DNA of 50,930 nt from Macrostomum lignano. Taxonomy: Eukaryota. Of the stretch, positions 42,762-50,930 are shown piece by piece. Where the stretch lies: assembly GCA_002269645.1 (NCBI GenBank), contig NIVC01002512.1:1-50930 (forward strand), read 5' to 3'. Every line of letters begins with the position of its first letter. The stretch's first letter is position 1. The position numbers and the translations under genes are program-made. A model generated the notes under the pieces. The model saw only the letters and a program-made list of their open reading frames with translations. It ran no database searches and had not been told where the DNA came from.

Positions 42762-43503
42762 CTACTTCCGCCAGCTGCCGCTCTGAAAGTGAAAATTAAA
42801 AACACTATAATAATTTGTTTTAAATTCAGCAACATAAACACACTATACTGCTTTAAGAAGTTTCATCAGTAGAACAATCTGCGCATGAAAATTGTTTGTT
42901 TCATGGTCGACTGTATGCAAATGTACTTGTAATATTTATCTCACCTTCTGAGACCTCTCAATTACAAACTGTGCAGGTACATGTACATTTGTACATATGT
43001 GCTTTGCCAATTAGTGAAAACTGCAGCTTCGCTCACCGTGTGGATTTCGTAGATGCAGTTGCGCAGCCGGCCGCCGCAGAACTCGTCCCGGTTGCCGTTG
43101 CAGCGCAGGTTGCACTCCCGTTCGCTCTTCTGTCCGTACAACCCGTAGGTGTTGCCGCAGAAGCACAGGCGCCCGTTCTGCAGCCCGAAGTACCGGTAGC
43201 GGAGCCTGTCGCACTCCCTGTAGCAGAACTCTACCGACATGCGGCTGCGGGCCACGTAGTTGGAGAGGTCCCGCCGGCTGGTGTCGCCATAGCAACCAAT
43301 GTAGGAGTACTTCGGCCCTGCGATCGATAGGAGAATGGAAAAAATAACCCCAGTTCAGTTGAAAGACAGACAGACAGACAGACAGACATACATACAGACA
43401 GACAGACAGGCAGACAGACAGACAGACGGACACTAAGACAGACAGACAGGCAGGCAGGCAGACTGTCAGGCAGACAGACAGACAGACAGACAGACAGGCA
43501 GGC

Positions 43504-43550
<47 letters not shown>

Positions 43551-43664
43551 GACAGATGGACACTAAGACAGACAGACAGGCAAGCAGACAGAGCAGACAG
43601 ACGGACAGACAGAGACAGACAGACAGATGGACACTAAGACAGACAGACAGGCAGGCAGACTGTC

Positions 43665-43705
<41 letters not shown>

Positions 43706-43762
43706 GTCAGACGGACAGACAGGCAGACAGACAGAGACAGACAGACAGATGGACACTAAGGA

Positions 43763-43797
<35 letters not shown>

Positions 43798-43868
43798 GCA
43801 GACAGACGGACAGACAGAGACAGACAGACAGATGGACACTAAGACAGACAGACAGGCAGGCAGACTGT

Positions 43869-43903
<35 letters not shown>

Positions 43904-44062
43904 ACGCACAGACAGACACTAAGACAGTCAGACAGACAACACAAGGAATCAAAACAGGCAAATTGCCTGTCAAATAGATGCCTTACGGTATTGTTCAGCA
44001 GTACAGCCAGCTATGAAGAACAGTGCTGCTGCAGCCAGATACAAAATGGTTAATTTCGACAT
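42762..44062 (-). CDS. Secreted single WSC-domain protein, 125 aa, 3 exons (44062-43987, 43317-43037, 42782-42762)
   Basis: Exon 1 is signal-peptide-like [25 protein letters not shown] (C|gtaag). Exon 2 reads [44 protein letters not shown] (cag|, |gtgag). Exon 3 reads SGSWRK* (ttttcactttcag|). All phases are consistent; 378 nt in total. Confidence 0.85.
43363..43940. repeat. (GACA)n-based compound microsatellite in WSC gene intron 1
   Basis: GACA runs punctuated by GATGGACACTAA. Confidence 0.95.
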
Positions 44063-47002
44063 TTGCAATTTGTAGATACAGTAATTCAGCTAGATATAGT
44101 AGACAACTTTAAAAGATCTGTAGTCAGTTGTTGACGGCTGAAGTTTTAAATCTTGCTAAGCAATTTATAAACATTATGCCCAAACAACTCAGCATGAGTC
44201 CCAATTCGAAGGCAACCCCGCTAGCTACAGCAGATTAGATTACGCGAGCGACGCGAGCCTTTATGCCCGCGGTTTTTAAAATCTACGGGTCGATTTCTGC
44301 TCTGAACAGCAGTACAGATTGTCGGCATGGCAACTAAGGAAAGTAGAGACGACCTCTGCATTTTTTGGCATTTATGTGGTGCTCACATGGTAAAGATAAG
44401 CTTTTTATTTCATTATTTTACAAGATCAACGTTAAGTCGAGCATTTTACTGTGTAATTTGTGTGTCTGGTAAAATTGTGATGCACAGCTGTATAGAGATT
44501 TTACCAGCTGACTGCATCCGTTGCAGGTTTGTTAAAAAACCCGGCCTGTTAAAAAAAAACAATTAACAGATCAGACTCAAGACTCGCTCATAACTATATA
44601 CATGTATTAATTTACATGTAAGTACATATCATGGACATGCAAAAATTGAAAGTGTGCCTGCACGTGTGTTACATATGTGTACATGCATTTTGGTAGGTGA
44701 AATCTGCATTTGCATGTACATTTCCGTGTAGTACGCAAAAAATTGAATCTCACGAATATATTATTAATATATTACAAATTTATGTACATGATACCTACAC
44801 ATTTATAATCTTGAGGTACTTCGAGAACAATTTATACATGTACATATATGCAGAGCAATAAAACAGTCAAACAGTCATATGTTGCAGTACCCCCTAGAGG
44901 ACATTCTGTTTCTCAAACTTAGCAGAACTAGTCTCTGTGCCATTCTTAGCAGATCTTCTCAATCTGCTCGGTTCTTGCAGGATCTTCTACGATGGGAGGT
45001 ACATTTGTTTTGTTATTCATTTGGCTAAGTGTTCTGCTGAACTATATTTGATTTTATGACAAAATGGGACAATAAATTTAAGAAAATATGCGATTCGAAG
45101 CTATAAAAGGACATAAAAGATAAGATCTTATACGATGTAGCAAGTCGCCCAGATCTGGTAAGTTTACCTAAGTATTTATTATAGTAAAGATCTTGCACGT
45201 TTTTGCAAGTTACTTGCGCAGCAACCCAAGAAGCTGATAGACAAGATCTGCTAGAATCAACAAGTCAATGTCTTCTAGGGACTAATATATGTTGTTGTAT
45301 TGCTATTTTGTGTCGAAAAATATACGTCTGTTTAAAAATGCAATTGCATTTTTATGTTTACGTCAACTACATGTAAATGTGTATGCCAGTGTGCACATTT
45401 TTAATTCCCAAGTCGATCATACTTGTATTTTTTGAGCCAACAAAGCCTAAAAAATTCTTCAAAGTTTTCCTAACTATTGTACAGCACCGCATATGCAGTA
45501 GACATATGATACATCTACCATGACTGTCAATGTCTGTCAATCCAACCTTATATACATGCTTGTACATGTGCCAAATTGTATTTTTTTAATGTTACATGTA
45601 GCACTATAGCTTAGCTACCGATTCATCTTCACCCAGCACAACTCCTGGGAAGAGGTCGGCTTCTTGTTCTAAAGTGACCTTCATTTTTATTATATTTTTT
45701 GCGCTCTCAAAAGTCCGACTTACTGGAACTCTAAAAAGACCATTGCATGAGCCCGCATGCGCCTTTCAGCAGTTTAAACAAAAATTCACAGTTCTCATTT
45801 ATATGAGTGATAAAATCAACGTAAATCCATAAAATATCTTGTAAAAGTTACAATTTATTACTTTGCTTTGGGTAAAAATGTGAATTTAATATTTTCATAT
45901 TCATGGGGAATTTTTAACTTAAGGAGACGATGCCAATTTTTAGATCCTTGTTAACTGTTGTTCAACTACATATCCGTGTGCCAATTATTTCAAAGGCTGT
46001 ATAAATTCTTTAACGGCTAAATGCTGAATCAATAAATCAAAGTAATTTGAACCTTATAGTATAACACTTTATGCCAACCTCATCTCATCTGAATCGTCTA
46101 CTGATTTATTTAAATTCAATTTATTCAGTTGTCATCACCTTACCTAAAGTAAAGACCAATTTTCTAGCCTCCTAGCTCCAAAGCATAAAGCAAGCACAAA
46201 GTAGTTAGCTACTTTGCTAATTAAGCTATATTTAATCCAGGCTTTCTATATTGAAAACTTGAAAATGCATTAAGTATGGATGATGTAGGCCTGATTTTTT
46301 AAGTAAAATTTAGAAGCCTGATGGCGATGCTTTAAAGCAGAAGTTATGAGTATGATTTTTGTTTGTTGCATTATCCTTCTGAATAATTTTCAGACAGTCA
46401 CTTTAAAATTATTGAAAAAGCTATTGCTAATCTAGTAAGCCTATTGTAATTTTTAAACTAGAATTTCATCAACATGTATACTATATTATATATATAGTGA
46501 TCATCCCATTTGGCATTAATACTGAATATTATTTGTTAGTATCTCATAATCTTTTACTATACTCCATTGCCATTTTATAGACTATAAAATCTAATATGAA
46601 AAAATAAATTTATAAGTTGCAATTTTGTAATAATAAAATATATTAAAATGAAATAATAGATAAAATAAAAAGTTTCAGTAAGGCATAACTGCCATTGAGT
46701 TTCACTACTACAAATTTTTTTTTCTTTGACCTAATCTATATCCAATCCATAGGTGTACCTAGATTTTTCTTATAATAGTCTGACTACTATGAATATCCAT
46801 AGTTAATTAATATCCCTAGGCTATAACCTATAACTTGATATCAATAATTGAACTTATTACTTATTAATAATGTCTCATTTAATTACCTTAATATATAAGA
46901 AGAATGTCTAAACTTGTATTGTTTGAACACCTGACCCTAGGGACTTTAGAGTTCCCTTCTTAAAAGCTACTGGCAAAATTTATTCATTTCTATTGCTTTA
47001 CC

Positions 47003-49362
47003 ACCGTCTGCCGAAGTGGCCACCATGTTGCTACTATTGCGCGTTCAGGGACGCCAACACGCACAGCCACTTTGCTAGCACTTTCATCACTGCACTTGGT
47101 GGCAAGCGTGGAGGTGCTTAGTACGCGGAGGTATGCACTGCAGTTTGAGCCACCGCGGAACAAGCAGTCCTGCTAATGCGACCAGCCTAGAGAGAGCAGC
47201 CGGTATGGCGAGCCGACCCCGCAATTTGGCAAGCGAGGGAAGAGCTGGAGAGACACCGTTTGAGCAGGCGACCAACACGCGAGGCAGAGGAGGCTCTGCT
47301 GCTGGGCCCGATACCAGAGGCCGCGTGGCCTGGTCGGCTATCAATGCTCTGACAGGGCGAAAGCGGCGCATTCCGCTAAACCTGGCAGGCGACTCTGCGG
47401 ACGAGCGCAGGAACGAGCTGCGTGAGTTCTTCGACGCCGTTGTCAACGCGCCGCCACCCCCGCTGCCAGACAGTCTGACGCTGCCGCCGGAGATGTCGTT
47501 GCCGGCAAAGGAGAGCTTCAGCCTAGCACCAGTCAGCACAGCCGACGTTGTGAGGTTCGCCCAACAGTCACCGGGCGGGAAAGCGCTGGGTCCGGACGAG
47601 GTGCCCATCGAGGCGCTGCGCATCCACTGTGTGGCCAGTGGGGTCGCCAGCGTGATGAACTGCGTGCTTTTCGGTGAGGCGGCACCCAACGAATGGACCA
47701 CGGCGCACATCGTCGCAGTTCCAAAGAAGCCGGGCACCACGAGGCTTGAGGAGCACCAAGGCATCTGTCTGCAGTCCTGTGCTGCGAAGTTGTTCAACCG
47801 GTTGCTGTTATCGCGGTTGCAGCCCGTGCTGGATCCGTACCTGCGTCCTGAGCAGAACGGCTTCCGGCCCCATCGCGGCACAGTGACGCAGATCCTGGCT
47901 CTTCGGCGAGTCATCGAGAAAGCACGGATACGTCAGTCGATCCTGATTGTTATCTTTATAGATTTCAAGAAGGCATTCGACTCGGTCGTCAGGTCTGTGC
48001 TCCAAAGGTGCTCCGTGCGTACAACGTGCCAGAGCAGCTGATTTCCGCCATCATGGCGATGTACCGTGATACGAAAGCTGCTGTTTCAACACCAGACGGC
48101 CTATCGGACTTCTTTGAGACATTTTCCGGGGTGCTTCAGGGAGATACGCTTGCGCCGTTCCTGTTCGTTCTGGTGCTTGACTGGGTGCTGCGGACCGCTC
48201 TTCCTACCAACGATGACGGCTTTCTGTTACGGCGACGCGTCGGTCGACGTCAACCGGAGAGGCGGCTCAGCGTGCTTGGCTACGCCGACGACCTCGCCTT
48301 GCTGTCCTCAACTGTCGAGGGCGCCCAGCGACAACTGGACAAGCTAGATGATGTTGCGGCGAGTGTCGGCCTGGTGGTCAACACGCAGAAGACCATCGTG
48401 CTCTGCGTGCCAGACGACATCGAGGCAGCGATTTTGTGCCGAGGCGCTGATGGACAGGCGACAGAGCTTCCGCGTTGTCAGCAGTTCGTCTACCTCGGCA
48501 ATCTAGTTCCCGGTGTCCGCGAGGATTTGCGGCGTCGCCGCGGGCTCGCCTGGGCTGCCTTTCGTTCTGTGAGGGCAGCCCTGCAGTCCGAGGCCTTACC
48601 TGACCGCCAGAGGGCGGCGTTGTTCCAGGCGGTGATCGATACCGTCCTGCTGTACAACGCCGAGTCGCTGACGGAGTCGCTCGAGCAGCAAGTTGACGCG
48701 GCGCACGCTGGCCTGCTGCGCGCCGCCTTCAAAATCGGCGACAAGCGAGTGACCAACGCGGCTTTGTATCGCCGCGCCGGCCTGGTCCGTCCAAGCGACC
48801 TGCTGCGCCGTCGGCGACTCCAGCTGGCAGGCCACATCATCCGTGCCGAGTCGAACTGCCCAGAGCCGGTTCTTCTTCATTCTTCTTCATCTTCGGGTCA
48901 CGGACATTGTAGCTAGACGATGTAGCTAATAGGACCGGGTGCCTAGCACCATGCAGTCGGGGCGCTGACTCCGCGTGGGCGGACAGTAGATGGTAAAATC
49001 CAATTTGCGGCCTGCGGCGGGTGGCCAGAAAGCAAGGGAACCCGAGTCCCGGTGCGCAGGGCTCCTCCGCAGACCGACTTACGCTGTAAAAAGCGCCACC
49101 CACCGCCAACCTAATGGTGAGGGACAGCTCCAGGCTGCATACCCGGAGGTGAGACCAATTCGTCACCCCGTCGATGGCAGGGACGGACGGAGCTCCTGCC
49201 ACATTGGCGGGGTGTCCAGGGGCGCGACGTGGATGCTGGTCTCGTGCCACCCCCAGAGCCGGTGCAGGTGCTGCTGCTGACGCTGCAGGCACCCTACCGG
49301 CGGGGACAGGAGCGCGCCCTGTGACGCTAACCTGCGTATTCTATTGTTGTTGTTGTTGTTGT
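47003..49362 (+). mobile_element. 5'-truncated non-LTR retrotransposon (RTE-like RT), frameshifted, with a nested insertion
   Basis: EQNGFRPHRGT, IFIDFKKAFDSV (ORF 47133-48041); GVLQGDTLAPFLF, LGYADDLALL (ORF 48008-48916); frameshift near 48008; ends near a (TTG)n run. Boundaries approximate. Confidence 0.88.
48871..49251 (-). mobile_element. 381-bp nested insertion (SINE-like or truncated retroelement) with 12-bp TSD
   Basis: CCCAGAGCCGGT at 48859-48870 and 49252-49263. The RT coding sense (CPEPV|Q.VLLLTLQAPYRRG) resumes after it. GAAGA-type tail on the minus strand. Confidence 0.8.
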
Positions 49363-49697
49363 ATTGCTTTACCCTTCAAGCATAAAATCAATGGCTCTAA
49401 TAGTCTTTTAGTGGCCAATAATATTAAACACAGGAACTGTATATCTTCTTGCAACTTTCCATAGCCATACCTGCTGCTATGGTAGAGTCAAATATATTAT
49501 CAAATAATTATACTCTTTAAATACGAATAATAGGCCTATATCAGTTCTCTAAATTAAAACTGCAATTAGCTATGGAGTTATATCATTATGCTTAGATTTT
49601 ATTTTTGTATAAAAATGTGTCATCTATAAGCAGACAAAGCCATTATTGGGCCTGACAGATTCTATTGAAAATAATACAATGATTTCAGCCAACAGTC

Positions 49698-50930
49698 ATG
49701 GCATCTGAAGACAATTACTATGCCATCCTTGAGATCAACCCAGACGCTTCTGAGGCTGAGGTGCGCAAAGCCTACAGGCAAATGGCACTTCGCTGGCACC
49801 CAGACAAGAATCAGACAAATCCTGATGAGGCTGAACGCCGGTTCAAACTCATCAGCGAGGCCTACGAGGTATTGAAAATTCACGTTGATATATGTATGTT
49901 TTGCTATTATAATTAATCATCGCTTGACTCTACTGCTCTCAGTAGAAAAATTAGCACACGATAGAATTTTTATCAGAATACGTTATATTACTAATAATAG
50001 TTGCTTGACTCTACTTTTGTCAGTAGAAAAATTAGCACACTACAGTTATTTTTTAAGAAATAAGAAATAATCCGACCAAATATCTGCCAGGTTCTGTCCG
50101 ACCCGGAGAAGCGGCGAATCTACGATTTCTACGGCAAGGAAGGCCTCGCTGAGGCGGCGGCGGCTGAAGAGGGTGAAACCAGGGCAGACGATTTCTTCCG
50201 CCGTCAGCAACAGCAGCAGCAGCAGCGCCAGCAGCAGCGACAGCAACGCAGCTATCAGCCGCGCCACGACAGAGATTGGTACGACCAGCATCAGTATCAT
50301 TTCCGCGATCCACGCGACGTATTTCGCGACTTTTTTGGGCCGAGCGACCCGTTCTCGCGCATTTTCAACCCGGACCCGTTCAAGGTAAGAACAGCAACAA
50401 TGTGATACGTGATATCGGATTAGTCGTAAGAATACTGCACAAATCCTCATTTTTCTACTTAGAAACTCTATATAAGTAGAGTGTTGCAGATATTCTTCAT
50501 ATTTTTTAATTGGCATTGTCGTTAAATTTCCAACCAACCCATCAGACGCTAGAGGAGTCGATGCGCGACATCGGCGACCGGCACCGCGCCAGCAACAACA
50601 TCGGAGGGCCCGGCAGCAACTTCTTTAACTTCGCCAACTTCAACCAGCACACCGGCGCCGGCTTTGCCTCGTCGTCCAATACGGCCGGCGCAGGCCGGTC
50701 GTCTAGAAACGCAGCCAGCAGCGGCCGAGGCGGCAGTCAGCGGTTCGCGCCGCTGCACTCCACCCGGGTGACGCAGACCTTCACAAACACGCGCGATGGC
50801 AGGCGGGTGGTGGTGCACAAGGTGGTGGAGAACGGGTGGAGACGGTCACTGACTGGACGGCCGGGTGACGAAGAAAACAGTGGACGGCCGTCTTGTCGCT
50901 GGCGGTGACCAGCAGCCGAGCATCCGGGTC
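49698..50930 (+). CDS. DnaJ/Hsp40 co-chaperone, DNAJB6/B8-like; exons 49698-49868, 50091-50384, 50546 to window end
   Basis: J-domain NYYAILE..RWHPDKN..ISEAYE|[12 protein letters not shown]; [17 protein letters not shown]; [24 protein letters not shown] phase-0 junctions. Apparent indels at ~50835-50855. Confidence 0.88.

Noticed and set aside
44100-47000. AT-rich region with short ORFs
   Set aside because: No coding, repeat or structural signal that I could substantiate.

Overview
Eukaryotic (animal) genomic DNA. It has spliceosomal genes with GC-rich exons and minisatellite-filled introns; a flatworm such as Macrostomum is only a guess from style. Host genes: an ERR/NR3-like nuclear receptor (4 exons, 5783-12093), NR2C2AP (18540-19001), a 3-exon secreted WSC-domain protein (minus strand, 42762-44062) and a DNAJB6-like co-chaperone (49698 to window end). 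Transposon content: two non-LTR retrotransposon relics, a Merlin relic, a Tc1/IS630-like element with 327-bp TIRs, a tRNA-type SINE and many tandem arrays. The centrepiece is a nearly intact 17.9-kb Polinton/Maverick (adintovirus-like endogenous virus, 23138-41047; AGTAGT termini, ~330-bp TIRs, 6-bp TSD ATGGGG). It encodes pPolB, major and minor capsid, packaging ATPase, protease, fibre and integrase. Three things inside it stand out. (1) A 303-nt group I intron (IC1-type fold; pairings P1-P10 can be drawn) at 38497-38799 splits the Ca2+-loop codons of a phospholipase A2 domain fused in frame to the integrase. (2) A free-standing HNH endonuclease gene overlaps that gene's start. (3) A family of GC-rich 28-30-bp double-hairpin elements is scattered through the element, some inserted in frame into the polymerase. 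All calls are by eye, without database searches.
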